Of a stretch of DNA of 64,000 nucleotides, positions 1 through 9,778 are shown piece after piece. This stretch comes from Alphaproteobacteria bacterium (GTDB taxonomy: Bacteria > Pseudomonadota > Alphaproteobacteria > UBA6615): the NCBI GenBank assembly GCA_021774575.1, contig JAJFIX010000023.1, forward strand, positions 4,166 through 68,165, given 5' to 3'. Each line of letters opens with the position of its first letter. Within the stretch, counting starts at the first letter, position 1. The position numbers and the translations under genes are program-made. Under the pieces are notes generated by a model. It did no database searches. It saw only the letters and a program-made list of their open reading frames with translations, and was not told the origin of the DNA.

Positions 1-1
1 A

Positions 2-751
2 AAATGGGCCCGGTTTGCCACCTATGCTGTTGGTCTGCTGATTGGTGCTGGCATGTGGCAATATTTCGGTGCCCGTGGAAACCAGTTGGCTTCGGCGTCC
101 CTAACCGAGACATTTTCTCGCTTTATTCGCCTTATCGAAAACGGTGAATTACCGACGGCCGTCGCCAATTCCATGCAGCTTTATGTCGCCGGTTTTAGTG
201 CCGCGATTATAGCAGCCAGTGCGCTCGGATTGTTGATGTCTAGAATTCGGTTTTTGCGGGTCGGAATCGAAAACTACGTGATGCTTTTATACGCGACGCC
301 GATGGTTGCGGTTGTGCCGTTCATCTCGTCGCTGCTCGGCCCATTTTTCATGGCTAAGTTTGTAGTGGTGTTCCTGTTCGGGTTTTTCCCGGTGCTCTAC
401 AATACATTGGAAGGGGGGCGCAGCCTGCGCCCCGAATTGGTCGAGGTCGCAACGTCTTTTCGGTCGGGGGAGATGGCGCTCTGGCGTGATCTCTTAATCC
501 CATACACGCTGCCCTTTATTCTGACCGGTGTTCGACAGGGCGCGGGTCGCGCCCTGGTCGGCGTCGTTGCTTCCGAATTCCTCGTCAGTAGTAGCGGCAT
601 GGGCGGGATGATCCGGTATTATGATGGAAACTATATTATCGAGGGCGTCTTCGCGACGGTCATAGTATTGACGGCAATTGGCGTCTTGCTGATGTGGCTC
701 GGTCGTCTGCTCGAGGACCGATTCGCGGCGTGGCGGGGGCTCAATCGATGA
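2..751 (+). CDS. ABC transporter permease (NitT/TauT-like inner-membrane component), 5' end outside window
   Basis: Frame 2 is open from base 2 (KWARFATYAVGLLIGAG precedes the first ATG at 53), so the gene starts upstream of the window. It is a multi-TM protein with a permease EAA-type loop (VEVATSFRSGEMALWRDLLIPYTLPFILTGVRQGAGRALVG). Its stop overlaps the next start (ATGA at 748-751). Confidence 0.85.
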   Translation, partial: KWARFATYAVGLLIGAGMWQYFGARGNQLASASLTETFSRFIRLIENGELPTAVANSMQLYVAGFSAAIIAASALGLLMSRIRFLRVGIENYVMLLYATPMVAVVPFISSLLGPFFMAKFVVVFLFGFFPVLYNTLEGGRSLRPELVEVATSFRSGEMALWRDLLIPYTLPFILTGVRQGAGRALVGVVASEFLVSSSGMGGMIRYYDGNYIIEGVFATVIVLTAIGVLLMWLGRLLEDRFAAWRGLNR

Positions 752-1566
752 CAGCGGTTACTCAGCACTCTTCGATGCAGGAAGAAACAACATTAAGGCG
801 TATCCTTCGGTCGGCGGCTTTCGCCAAGATTATCGTCGGCATCGTAATATTGTTGGTTTGGCAGCTAAGTATGGATTTTTTTGCTGCCGACTACGTCGCT
901 AGGCCCCTTGGTATTATTGAGGCATTGCCGTCTGTAATTGAGCATCCGAGATTTTTCCCGGCGATTAAGAACACCCTCGGCGCTGTGTGTGTAGGGCTGG
1001 TCATTGCCCTTTTCTTCGGTGTCATCGTTGGTGTTCTTATGGGGCGCATCAAGGTGGTCGATCGGCTGCTGATATTCTACGTTGTTGGGTTTTATGCCAT
1101 GCCAATGGTGGCAATTGTGCCGGTGCTGACCCTCTGGTTCGGTTCGGGCGGCACGACCCGCATGGCAATCATTTTATTCGCCGGATTCTTTTCGATTGTC
1201 CTCAATATGAGCGATGGCGCGCGGGCGACGCCGCCGGAATTTATTGAGGTGGCTCGGGCCTATCGCGCCAAGCCGTGGCATGTCTGGTTCGGTATTGCCA
1301 TACCCTCGGCGATGCCCTACCTGCTCGCAGGCATAAGGCTGGCTGCCGGTCGTGCTTTGGTCGGGGCTATCGTTGCCGAGATGATTGTCGGCGTACCGAG
1401 AAGCATGGGTAATTTTATTCGGTTGGAGGCGGGCAATCTGCGCCATGATGAGGCCTTTGTTGCGGTGCTCGTACTGGCGTTATTTGGCGTTGGAATTGAG
1501 CTTTTACTCAACCAGTCGACCCGAATTTTCCTGCCGTGGTACCGGCGCGAAGGTCGAGGTGCCTAG
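748..1566 (+). CDS. ABC transporter permease (second membrane component)
   Basis: Paralog of the upstream permease with the same loop (EVARAYRAKPWHVWFGIAIPSAMPYLLAGIRLAAGRALVG). I prefer the ATG at 748, which forms an ATGA overlap with the upstream stop, over the GTG at 694 listed in the ORF track. Confidence 0.85.
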   Translation: MTAVTQHSSMQEETTLRRILRSAAFAKIIVGIVILLVWQLSMDFFAADYVARPLGIIEALPSVIEHPRFFPAIKNTLGAVCVGLVIALFFGVIVGVLMGRIKVVDRLLIFYVVGFYAMPMVAIVPVLTLWFGSGGTTRMAIILFAGFFSIVLNMSDGARATPPEFIEVARAYRAKPWHVWFGIAIPSAMPYLLAGIRLAAGRALVGAIVAEMIVGVPRSMGNFIRLEAGNLRHDEAFVAVLVLALFGVGIELLLNQSTRIFLPWYRREGRGA

Positions 1567-2749
1567 CCACACAGATGCGGTCGCAGGTCTGCTGGCAGCC
1601 GAGCACCCACGGTTTACCGATGCCGAATTTGCCCGTCGCCGGGCCGTTCTCGAAACACTCATGGAACAGAACGGCGTCACCCAACTTTTGGTTTATGGTG
1701 CAAGTCGAACGGGATCGGCAGTTCAATGGCTGACCGGTTGGCCGGTTACGGCTGAGGCTGCGATTGTTGTTGCGCCGGGCGAGCGCGACATCATGTTTGC
1801 TCAATATTTCAATCATCTGCCGCTGGCCCGAAAGATGGCGCGGGACGCCGAAATACGCTGGGGCGGGCCGTCGACAATTGGCGCCGTCGTTGCCGAACTT
1901 GGGCGTCGGCTCGGCGGCCCGACAGGTCGGCTCGGGATTTTGGGGCCAGTCGGATACAAAATGCATGGGGCCCTGGTTGATCTGGCCGGTTCGGTCGTAG
2001 ATCTCGGTCCCGCCTACGGTGCCGTGCGCCTAAACAAGTCCGATGAGGAAATTAATTGGCTGCGGGTAGGGGCGGCTTTCAGCGACCTCGGTGTGGCGGG
2101 GCTGCGCGAACAGGCGCGGGCAGGCCATACCGAACATCAGCTTGCCGATATTGTCGAGCGCTCTTATGTGCCCCTGGGTGGTGCCACTCACATCCATTAT
2201 CTTGGCGCGACATCAATGGATGCGCCCGGCGTCGCGGTCCCTCGGCAATTCACTTCCGGTCACAAAATCAGTAAAGGCGACGTCGTCACGGCAGAACTCA
2301 GCGCAGCTTTTTGGGGCTATGCCGGTCAGGTGTTACGAAGTTTTATCGTTGGTGCAGCGCCGACGCCGCTTTATCGAGATTTGATGGGTGTGGCGGAAAA
2401 CGCGTTTGAGGCCATCACCGGCAAAATACGGCCCGGGGTGCATGTGCAGGCGCTGGTCGACGCGGCGGGGCTGATCGGTGAGGCAGGTTTTACCACGATA
2501 GACGACGTAGTGCACGGCTATGGCGGCGGATATCTGCCGCCGGTTTTGAGTGCGCCGGGCCGGGCCGACAATACCGTGCCCGACATGAAACTTACCGAGG
2601 GAATGGTGCTGGTGGTTCAGCCCAATGTGGTTACCTTGGATGAGAAGGCGGGGGTACAGACCGGCGAACTCGGCATCGTCACCAAAACCGGTTTTGAGAG
2701 CCTGCATCATGCGCCCCGCGGCTTTTTGGAAATAGAGGGAGGAAATTGA
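1559..2749 (+). CDS. M24-family (creatinase / Xaa-Pro peptidase-like) hydrolase with non-canonical metal-ligand positions
   Basis: Pita-bread C-domain pattern (GDVVTAELSAAFWGYAGQVLRSF, HGYGGGY, EGMVLVVQPNV, GELGIVT) plus a creatinase-type N-domain. The 1385-1558 part of the ORF overlaps the permease in another frame. A GTG at 1559 overlapping the permease stop gives about 397 aa. Confidence 0.7.
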   Translation: MPSHTDAVAGLLAAEHPRFTDAEFARRRAVLETLMEQNGVTQLLVYGASRTGSAVQWLTGWPVTAEAAIVVAPGERDIMFAQYFNHLPLARKMARDAEIRWGGPSTIGAVVAELGRRLGGPTGRLGILGPVGYKMHGALVDLAGSVVDLGPAYGAVRLNKSDEEINWLRVGAAFSDLGVAGLREQARAGHTEHQLADIVERSYVPLGGATHIHYLGATSMDAPGVAVPRQFTSGHKISKGDVVTAELSAAFWGYAGQVLRSFIVGAAPTPLYRDLMGVAENAFEAITGKIRPGVHVQALVDAAGLIGEAGFTTIDDVVHGYGGGYLPPVLSAPGRADNTVPDMKLTEGMVLVVQPNVVTLDEKAGVQTGELGIVTKTGFESLHHAPRGFLEIEGGN

Positions 2750-2750
2750 C

Positions 2751-3809
2751 GTGGATGCACTGGTCCAGGCGGCGATCACCCATTGGGCGCCGCGCTTTGT
2801 CGCCAACGGCGTTCCGTTCACCGATTTTCAAGAGGTAACGGCCGGAATTGAGACGTGGGATCAATGGTGTGGTGCCTGGAGCGCGCGGGCGGCCATCCAT
2901 GAAGGAATTGGACGCGGCGAGCTCGATGATGGCCATAATTTGAGCGCGGCCCAGCATTTAAGCGCGGCGGCGGTTTGTTATCATTTCGGCAAATATCTTT
3001 GCGTTCATGATCGCGAAGAAATGCAGGTTGCTCATATGAAAGCAGTTGCGTGCCGAAATCTCGCCTTGCCGCATCTCGCCCCGCCAGGGGGGCGCGTTGA
3101 AATTCCCTACGAAGGCGGAACGCTTTTTGGCAATCTTCGCAAGCCGAGCGGTGCCCAATGCCCGCCCATTGTCGTCATGTGCATGGGGCTTGATTCGGCC
3201 AAAGAGGAAATGGATGCCTATGAGGTGAGCTTCCTCGAGCGTGGGTTGGCGACCCTGGCATTTGATGGGCCAGGGCAGGGCGAGGGGGAGTATGACTTCG
3301 TCATTCGCCACGATTATGAAAAGCCGGTGGCGGCGGTCCTGGATTGGCTGAGCGGATGCACCGATATCGATGCGAAGTCCGTGGCCATCTGGGGGGTCAG
3401 CTTGGGCGGTTATTACGCTGCCCGCGCGGCGGCTTTCGAGCCACGCATAAAGGCCGCCGTCACCCTTTCCGGGCCCTTCAATTGGGGGGCGATTTGGGAA
3501 AGTTTGCCGCCCATCACCCGCAAGGCATTCGAGGTACGTGCCGGCTGCGCCAACGAGGAAGAGGCGCACGCCAGGGCGAAGGACTTGGCGCTTGATGGGA
3601 TTGCCGAAAAAATTACCTGCCCTATATTCATTGTCGGCGGCAAGCGTGACCGGGTCATCCCGTGGCAGGATGCGGCGCGTTTGGCGGCCGAGGCCTCGGG
3701 CCCGGTAGTGCCCCTGATGATCGAGGATGGCGGACATGTGGCCAATAATCGAGGGTATCTATACCGCACCCAAACGGCGGATTGGCTGGCTGAACAGCTT
3801 CGCAATTGA
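2751..3809 (+). CDS. alpha/beta-fold hydrolase (dienelactone hydrolase / FrsA-like)
   Basis: Nucleophile elbow GVSLGG. C-terminal Asp/His region (GGKRDRVIPW, EDGGHV). GTG start 1 nt after the upstream stop, with GAGGGAGGAAA upstream. Confidence 0.75.
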   Translation: MDALVQAAITHWAPRFVANGVPFTDFQEVTAGIETWDQWCGAWSARAAIHEGIGRGELDDGHNLSAAQHLSAAAVCYHFGKYLCVHDREEMQVAHMKAVACRNLALPHLAPPGGRVEIPYEGGTLFGNLRKPSGAQCPPIVVMCMGLDSAKEEMDAYEVSFLERGLATLAFDGPGQGEGEYDFVIRHDYEKPVAAVLDWLSGCTDIDAKSVAIWGVSLGGYYAARAAAFEPRIKAAVTLSGPFNWGAIWESLPPITRKAFEVRAGCANEEEAHARAKDLALDGIAEKITCPIFIVGGKRDRVIPWQDAARLAAEASGPVVPLMIEDGGHVANNRGYLYRTQTADWLAEQLRN

Positions 3810-3887
3810 CAGGCGCGGCCCGAAATGGAATCCTAGGATAGTTTTATGCAATCGTTTGCACAGCTTTCTAAGGCAGAGGAAAAATTT

Positions 3888-5189
3888 ATGAATATTCAAC
3901 GGCCGGATCCGACCATCGTTACACCCGATCTCGATGACCCACGGTTTTTGTGGGGGCGGCCGATACCCGCGCCTGGTCATAGTGCCGTTGATTTTGAGGA
4001 ACGGGTGAGTTTCAGCCGGCTGCATAGTTACCGGCTGGCCCGCGCCAGGTCGGCGCTGAAAAAGTCCAATCTCGGCGCGTTCCTTTGCTTCGACAATAAT
4101 AACATCCGCTATATAACCTCGACCTGCATCGGCGAATGGTCTCGCGACAAGGTCGCGCGCTATTCTTTGCTGGCTGGCGATGATGAGCCCTATTTGTGGG
4201 ATTTTGGATCTGCGGCGGCCCATCATCGGCTCACCGCCCCGTGGCTGGAAACCGACCATTGCAAGGCCGGTTTGGTCGGTTTGCGGGGCTCGGTTACGCC
4301 AAAGGCAAATCTTTATAAAAAGGCGGCGGAGGAAATTCATGACCTGCTCAAGTCGGCCGGTGTTGCCGACCAGCCATTAGGTGTCGACATTGTCGAATTG
4401 CCGATGATTTTTGCCTTGCAAGAGTGCGGTATCGAGGTAGTCGACAGCCAGCAGATCTTGCTCAACGCCCGTGAAATTAAGAGCATGGACGAAATTACCC
4501 TGCTCAATATGGCGGCGACCATGGTCGATGGCGCCTACCAGGTCATTGCGGAAAATTTGAAGCCGGGAATGCGCGAAAATGACCTTGTCGCCCTGGCCAA
4601 CAAGTTTCTCTACGAGCATGGCTCAGATGATGTGGAAGCGATCAACGCGGTTTCGGGCGAACGCTGTAACCCCCACCCCCATAACTTTACCGATCGTATG
4701 TATCGTCCGGGGGACCAAGCCTTCTTCGATGTCATCCAATCCTATATGGGGTATCGGACATGTTATTACCGGACATTGAATGTCGGTAAGGCCTCGATGC
4801 CCCAGCGTGACGCCTATAAGCAGGCGCGCGAATGGCTGGACGCGGCAATCAACATGGTCAAGCCGGGTGTAACCACCGATCAAATTGCCGCCGTATGGCC
4901 TAAAGCCCAGGATTTTGGGTTCGAAAACGAGATGGAGGCCTTCGGCCTTCAGTTTGGGCACGGGCTTGGCATGGCACTGCATGAGCGTCCGGTGATCAGC
5001 CGCCTCATATCCTTCGACGATCCTATTGAGCTGAAGGAAGGCATGGTTTTTGCTCTGGAAACCTATTGCCCGGCGAGTGATGGCGTCTCGGCGGCCCGGA
5101 TCGAAGAAGAGGTCGTGGTCACCCCGAACGGCGCCCAGGTGATCACCCTGTTCCCGGCCGATGAGCTTTTCATCGCCAATCAGTATTAG
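3888..5189 (+). CDS. M24-family (creatinase/prolidase-like) hydrolase, second paralog
   Basis: Pita-bread motifs GDQAFFDVIQSYMGYRTCYYRT, FGHGLGMALHERP, EGMVFALETY and ARIEEEVVVT. I prefer the ATG at 3888 (GAGGAA 8 nt upstream), but the ATG at 3846 is also possible. Confidence 0.75.
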   Translation: MNIQRPDPTIVTPDLDDPRFLWGRPIPAPGHSAVDFEERVSFSRLHSYRLARARSALKKSNLGAFLCFDNNNIRYITSTCIGEWSRDKVARYSLLAGDDEPYLWDFGSAAAHHRLTAPWLETDHCKAGLVGLRGSVTPKANLYKKAAEEIHDLLKSAGVADQPLGVDIVELPMIFALQECGIEVVDSQQILLNAREIKSMDEITLLNMAATMVDGAYQVIAENLKPGMRENDLVALANKFLYEHGSDDVEAINAVSGERCNPHPHNFTDRMYRPGDQAFFDVIQSYMGYRTCYYRTLNVGKASMPQRDAYKQAREWLDAAINMVKPGVTTDQIAAVWPKAQDFGFENEMEAFGLQFGHGLGMALHERPVISRLISFDDPIELKEGMVFALETYCPASDGVSAARIEEEVVVTPNGAQVITLFPADELFIANQY

Positions 5190-5207
5190 GCTTTTTTAAA
5201 TGCTTCA

Positions 5208-5239
5208 CGCCCTCCGCGCCTTTATCGGTGCGGGGGGCG
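5208..5239 (+). terminator. possible imperfect GC-rich hairpin after the M24 gene
   Basis: CGCCCTCCGCGC ... GTGCGGGGGGCG forms an imperfect inverted repeat, followed by the T-containing tract cttcatttcgtctt. Weak call. Confidence 0.3.
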
Positions 5240-5272
5240 CTTCATTTCGTCTTGAGATAGGAATATCGAAAC

Positions 5273-6739
5273 ATGGCACCTGACAGTCTGCCGGCCCTCA
5301 AAACCGGACTTTTCATTGGCGGCGCATGGCGGGACGCTTCGGATGGCGGCACCATCGAGGTGATCAACCCGGCAACCGAAACGGCGATTGCGTCGGTTGC
5401 CAGCGCGACGGCCCAAGACGCCATGGCAGCGGTTGATGCGGCGGATTTGGCCGCGCCGGCTTGGGCGGCGACGAGCCCACGTGAGCGCTCCGAAATCCTA
5501 CGTCGGGCTTTCGATCTTATGACCGCTCGTAAGGATGAAATTGCTCGGCTGATTGTTTTAGAAAACGGCAAGGCGCTGCCCGACGCCCAGGGCGAGGCGG
5601 CCTATGCCGCCGAGTTCTTCCGTTGGTATGCCGAAGAGGCGGTGCGCAATATCGGCGATCTCTATACCGCGCCTTCGGGGGCAAATCGCATCATGGTGAC
5701 CCAGCAACCGGTCGGTATTGCGCTGTTGATTACGCCGTGGAATTTTCCTGCGGCAATGGGCACCCGCAAGATCGGCCCGGCGCTTGCCGCCGGATGCACG
5801 GTGATCTTAAAACCGGCATCGGAGACACCGCTGACTGCGTTACTGATTGCCGATATTTTGGCCGAGGCCGGTGTCCCCGACGGGGTGGTTAATGTCATTT
5901 CCGCGCGTGGGTCTTCGGGGGTGCTGGAACACATCCTTGACGATGATCGGGTGCGCAAACTGTCTTTCACCGGCTCGACGGAAGTGGGGCGAACCTTGCT
6001 GCGCCAGGCAGCGAACACAATCGTCAACTGCTCGATGGAGTTGGGCGGGAACGCACCTTTTCTGGTGTTTGCCGATGCCGATATCGATGCGGCGGTCGAG
6101 GGTGCCATGGTGGCAAAAATGCGCAATGGGGGCGAGGCCTGCACGGCGGCCAATCGGTTTTATGTCGAAGCCTCGGTGGCAGATATATTTGCCGAGAAAT
6201 TTGCCACCGCCATGTCGGCGTTGAAAGTCGGCCCCGGCCTGGATGCGGATGTGCAACTCGGGCCACTGGTTAATGCCGAGGCGCGCGAGACCGTGCAGGC
6301 CTTTGTCACCGATGCGCTGGACCGTGGGGCGAAGCTGGTTACCGGTGGGCTGGTCACCGGCGGCGCGGCTCCCGAGGGTACCGGTTATTTTTACCCGCCG
6401 ACGGTGCTCTCTAATGTCGATCCGAAATCGGATCTTTGCCATGATGAAATTTTTGGGCCGGTGGCGCCGATCATTCCGTTTACCTCCGAGGACGAGGCCG
6501 TCGCACAGGCCAACGACACCGAATATGGACTGATTTCATATATTTATACCGCCGACATCGCCAAGGGATTGCGCGTTGCCGAGCGGATAGACTCAGGAAT
6601 GGTCGGGCTCAACCGTGGTGTGATCTCGGATCCCGCCGCGCCGTTCGGCGGCATGAAGCAGAGCGGCATTGGGCGGGAGGGCGCCCATGACGGCATGCTC
6701 GAATTTTTAGAGAAAAAATATATTGCGCTCAGCTGGTAG
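5273..6739 (+). CDS. NAD(P)+-dependent aldehyde dehydrogenase (succinate-semialdehyde dehydrogenase-like)
   Basis: ALDH signatures: ITPWNFP, FTGSTEVG, MELGGNAP, catalytic Cys in NGGEACTAANR, and the C-terminal GGMKQSGIGREG. Confidence 0.9.
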   Translation: MAPDSLPALKTGLFIGGAWRDASDGGTIEVINPATETAIASVASATAQDAMAAVDAADLAAPAWAATSPRERSEILRRAFDLMTARKDEIARLIVLENGKALPDAQGEAAYAAEFFRWYAEEAVRNIGDLYTAPSGANRIMVTQQPVGIALLITPWNFPAAMGTRKIGPALAAGCTVILKPASETPLTALLIADILAEAGVPDGVVNVISARGSSGVLEHILDDDRVRKLSFTGSTEVGRTLLRQAANTIVNCSMELGGNAPFLVFADADIDAAVEGAMVAKMRNGGEACTAANRFYVEASVADIFAEKFATAMSALKVGPGLDADVQLGPLVNAEARETVQAFVTDALDRGAKLVTGGLVTGGAAPEGTGYFYPPTVLSNVDPKSDLCHDEIFGPVAPIIPFTSEDEAVAQANDTEYGLISYIYTADIAKGLRVAERIDSGMVGLNRGVISDPAAPFGGMKQSGIGREGAHDGMLEFLEKKYIALSW

Positions 6740-7760
6740 GCGGAACTTGGCCCGTTGACCCGCGTACGACAAGGTGCGGGGTCAACTCCATTGTGCCTGT
6801 TTTTGGGTTTTCGCCTGACAGGCGCCCAAGCATTGCTTGGGCGGCAGCCGCCCCCATTTTCCTGAGAGGGACGCTGACGGTTGTCAATGGCGGAGCCAAG
6901 CGGTCGACGATCGGCATGTCATTGAAGCCGACGATGGAAATGTCGGCCGGGCAGTTTAAATTCAGCGCCTCACTCGCCGCGTAACATCCCAAGGCTTGCA
7001 TATCGTTCCCGGCGACAATTGCCGTTGGCGGTGACGGCTGGTCCATCAGCGCAATCAGGGCCCGCTGACCCTCGGCCTCGCTGAAGGCATCGCAGGCGGC
7101 GATATTGGCAGGGGGACAGTCGAGACCATGGGCGGCCATGGCATGGCGAAACCCGGCAATTCTGCGATGGCCGGTTGACAGTCTTTCCGGACCGGCGATA
7201 TGGGCAATGCGCCGGTGGCCGAGGGCCGCCAGATGATCGACGGCGACCCGAATGCCCGCAGCATCGTCGGTCAGGATACAGTCAATATTTTCGACCTGGG
7301 TGGCGCGGTTGATCAGCACCAAGGCAAGCTTGTCATCGATTATGTCGCGAACCAATTTATCGTCGCGCCGGGCGGTGGCGAGGATCAGGCCATCGACCTG
7401 ACGGCCACGCATGGCGGCGATTAATGTTTCTTCGCGCGCCGGGTCATTATCGGTGTTGGCCAGGATTACCGTGTAATTTGACTGACCGAGCACTTCCTCG
7501 ATGCCGCGTATGAGCGGGGGGAACACCGGATTGGTTAAGTCGGGAATGATCACCCCGATGGTAAAAGATCGACTGGTTCGAAGGGAATAAGCAAAAAGAT
7601 TGGGTCGGTAGCCAAGTTCCTTTGCCGCTGCGGCGACGGCGGTGGCAATTTCAGGGGAAACCATGCCGCGTGTCGCTGGATTAAGAACCCGCGACACCGT
7701 TGATGAATGGACGCCGACCTTGGCGGCCACGTCTTTTAAGGTTATGCGCTCGTTGCTCAT
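6729..7760 (-). CDS. LacI-family transcriptional regulator
   Basis: N-terminal HTH ITLKDVAAKVGVHSSTVSRVLN followed by a periplasmic-binding-protein-like sugar-binding fold. Start taken at MSNERITL (7760). The ORF extends to 7877, and ATGs at 7787 and 7781 are alternatives. Confidence 0.85.
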   Translation of the reverse strand: MSNERITLKDVAAKVGVHSSTVSRVLNPATRGMVSPEIATAVAAAAKELGYRPNLFAYSLRTSRSFTIGVIIPDLTNPVFPPLIRGIEEVLGQSNYTVILANTDNDPAREETLIAAMRGRQVDGLILATARRDDKLVRDIIDDKLALVLINRATQVENIDCILTDDAAGIRVAVDHLAALGHRRIAHIAGPERLSTGHRRIAGFRHAMAAHGLDCPPANIAACDAFSEAEGQRALIALMDQPSPPTAIVAGNDMQALGCYAASEALNLNCPADISIVGFNDMPIVDRLAPPLTTVSVPLRKMGAAAAQAMLGRLSGENPKTGTMELTPHLVVRGSTGQVPPTS

Positions 7761-7891
7761 TTTCCCTGGGCTCGACTGCATCTTCATGTTTTGCCTTCGT
7801 AAGGCTCTTGGCGTATAAAATTTCACCATGTTCTGCAAACGATTGCACGAACATTCGTTCATGAGAGTTTTAAGCATTGAAGGGTGATCTA

Positions 7892-8827
7892 ATGGCCGAG
7901 ATAGATTTGAAAAAATATTCCATTGGCTGGATTGGTGCCGGACGTATGGGATATCCGATGGCCGAACGGTTAATCAAGGCTGGCTGTGATGTTACAGTCT
8001 ATAACCGGACCAAGGCCAAAGCAGAGCCCCTGGCCGCCCTGGGAGCCAAGCTCGCCGATAGTCCGGCCGATCTTGCGGATCGTGATATTGTCTTTACCAT
8101 GGTCTCCGGCCCAGCCGATTTGCTGCAGGTGACTGGCGGGGAGCAAGGTGTCTTGTCGGTTTCGGGAACAGTGCCGAAAATGCTCATCGATTGTTCGTCG
8201 GTATCTGAGGAAGCTTCGGCCGAAGTGCGTGCGGCGGCGGCAAAACTTGGAGTGGCGATGCTGGCCGCGCCGGTCAGCGGCAATGGCAAAGTCGTCAAAG
8301 CCGGCAAACTTTCCATCGTTGCATCGGGGCCGCAAGAGAGTTTCGAAATCGCTGAGCCCTATCTTGATGTGATTGGGGTCGGGGTCTCTTATGTCGGCGA
8401 CGGCGAACTCGCGCGGATGGTCAAGATTTGCCACAATGTCCTGCTTGGGGTGGTTATCCAGAATTTGGCGGAAATAACCGTATTGGCGGAAAAAGGCGGC
8501 GTTCCGCGCCATGCCTTCCTCGATTTTATCAATAAGAGTGTGATGGGATCGATGTTTACCAAATATAAGACACCGGGCATGGTTAATCTCGATTACGCGC
8601 CGACCTTCACCCCGCCGCTTCTACGCAAGGATTTAGAGCTCGGGCTGGCAGCAGCCAAGCGGCTTGGAGTGCCGATGCCGGTAACCGTGACCACGTCAGA
8701 GATTGTCCAAGCGGCCATCGGCCTCGGGCATAGCGAAAAGGATTTCTCCATACTGCTCGATATGCAAGCCAAGGCGTCGGGGATGGAGCTGAAATCCGAA
8801 GAGATGGAGGTCGATACCGGCCTCTAA
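7892..8827 (+). CDS. NAD(P)-binding beta-hydroxyacid dehydrogenase (3-hydroxyisobutyrate / 2-hydroxy-3-oxopropionate reductase family)
   Basis: Rossmann motif IGWIGAGRMGYPMA, an SGxxxxxxxG-type central motif (PVSGNGKVVKAGKLSIVASG) and a 6PGDH-like C-domain. Divergent from the LacI gene. The ATG at 7892 has GAAGGG upstream. Confidence 0.85.
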   Translation: MAEIDLKKYSIGWIGAGRMGYPMAERLIKAGCDVTVYNRTKAKAEPLAALGAKLADSPADLADRDIVFTMVSGPADLLQVTGGEQGVLSVSGTVPKMLIDCSSVSEEASAEVRAAAAKLGVAMLAAPVSGNGKVVKAGKLSIVASGPQESFEIAEPYLDVIGVGVSYVGDGELARMVKICHNVLLGVVIQNLAEITVLAEKGGVPRHAFLDFINKSVMGSMFTKYKTPGMVNLDYAPTFTPPLLRKDLELGLAAAKRLGVPMPVTVTTSEIVQAAIGLGHSEKDFSILLDMQAKASGMELKSEEMEVDTGL

Positions 8828-8848
8828 TTCCAGTAAGTAGGGAAAAAC

Positions 8849-9544
8849 CTAGTTAACAGTGGGCGTAATTTGCGCGATTAAATCCTCGATAGAGCCGCCG
8901 TTTCGGCGCAAAATCGTTGCAAATTCCGTCTTCTGGGACTGCAGAAAACTCTTATTATTGATCGCTAAATCCAGCACCTTCGGCTGGCCTTCAATAACGT
9001 CGATAGTCCAGATAATAGGCGACGAAAAATGATCGGTCACCAGGACCGTGTTGACTTCAAATCTCCGGTTCTCGGATTCAGGACTATCGATTTCATTTGT
9101 GGCAAATATCTCGAAATGCCCGGTTGTTGGGAGGTTATCAACAACTGTGCTCGCCACAAATTCGGTCAAGGCGACAATGAAATGTTCTTTTTCCTCGTCG
9201 CTTGCAGTGATCCAGTGGCGGCCGAGGGTCAGCCGGGCAATCGCTTCCGTGGCGAAGGACGTGGTAAATGTGTCGCGCATCGCGGCGCGGCGCTCCAGGG
9301 GCTCAAGGGACGCATCCGTCAGCGCTGTAACGCCCTGCGCAGTCAAAACCTGGATAAATTGAGGGGCAACTAGGCTATTTGAGCTGCCAGCCCCGTCGGG
9401 CATTGCTGTAACCGGCTGACTGATGGTGAGAAGCATCAACGCCCAGGCGGCGCACGCAATAAAATGCCTTGCGCCTGCGGTCATTATTTTACCACTTAGA
9501 GGTGAGTTGCCGTCATTGGTTTGTTTGTTCATCAGGCGGGTCAC
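8849..9544 (-). CDS. MlaC/Ttg2D-family periplasmic lipid-binding protein, paralog 1
   Basis: Signal-like N-terminus. Core resembles E. coli MlaC: LGRHWITASDEEKEHFIVALTEFVAST, then VLDLAINNKSFLQSQKTEFATILRRNGGSIEDLIAQI (compare MlaC [30 protein letters not shown]). Start is uncertain among 9544 GTG, 9532 ATG and 9484 ATG. Confidence 0.75.
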   Translation of the reverse strand: MTRLMNKQTNDGNSPLSGKIMTAGARHFIACAAWALMLLTISQPVTAMPDGAGSSNSLVAPQFIQVLTAQGVTALTDASLEPLERRAAMRDTFTTSFATEAIARLTLGRHWITASDEEKEHFIVALTEFVASTVVDNLPTTGHFEIFATNEIDSPESENRRFEVNTVLVTDHFSSPIIWTIDVIEGQPKVLDLAINNKSFLQSQKTEFATILRRNGGSIEDLIAQITPTVN

Positions 9545-9778
9545 TTCGAATTTGTTATTATCACTGAGGTGACGAACTGATATTGGGTATCTGAAATAAC
9601 AGAATACCCAGCAAGGGCTGATCGATGGCAGCCAGCGAGAGCCGCCTCGGCACCAGGGGACATTACCCCATAATTTAGTTGCTGAGAAAGCGCAAATTAG
9701 GGAAAATCGTTGCTATTAGGTCACAAATGGACCTGAAGTGCTGTGGATAGATGTGCTCTGGTTTTCGGGAGGCGGCGG

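Noticed and set aside
3888-5189. Possibility that this M24 protein is the DMSP lyase DddP.
   Set aside because: It shares general M24 layout and an NIRYxTST-like N-domain motif with my recollection of DddP. However, it has Cys at the second metal-Asp position that DddP retains, and overall similarity cannot be judged by eye. The specific name is not supportable without an alignment.
9584-9610. Inverted repeat TGGGTAT-N13-ATACCCA between MlaC paralogs 1 and 2.
   Set aside because: The stem is only 7 bp and AT-rich with a long loop. That is plausible by chance in an AT-rich spacer, and no second copy was seen.
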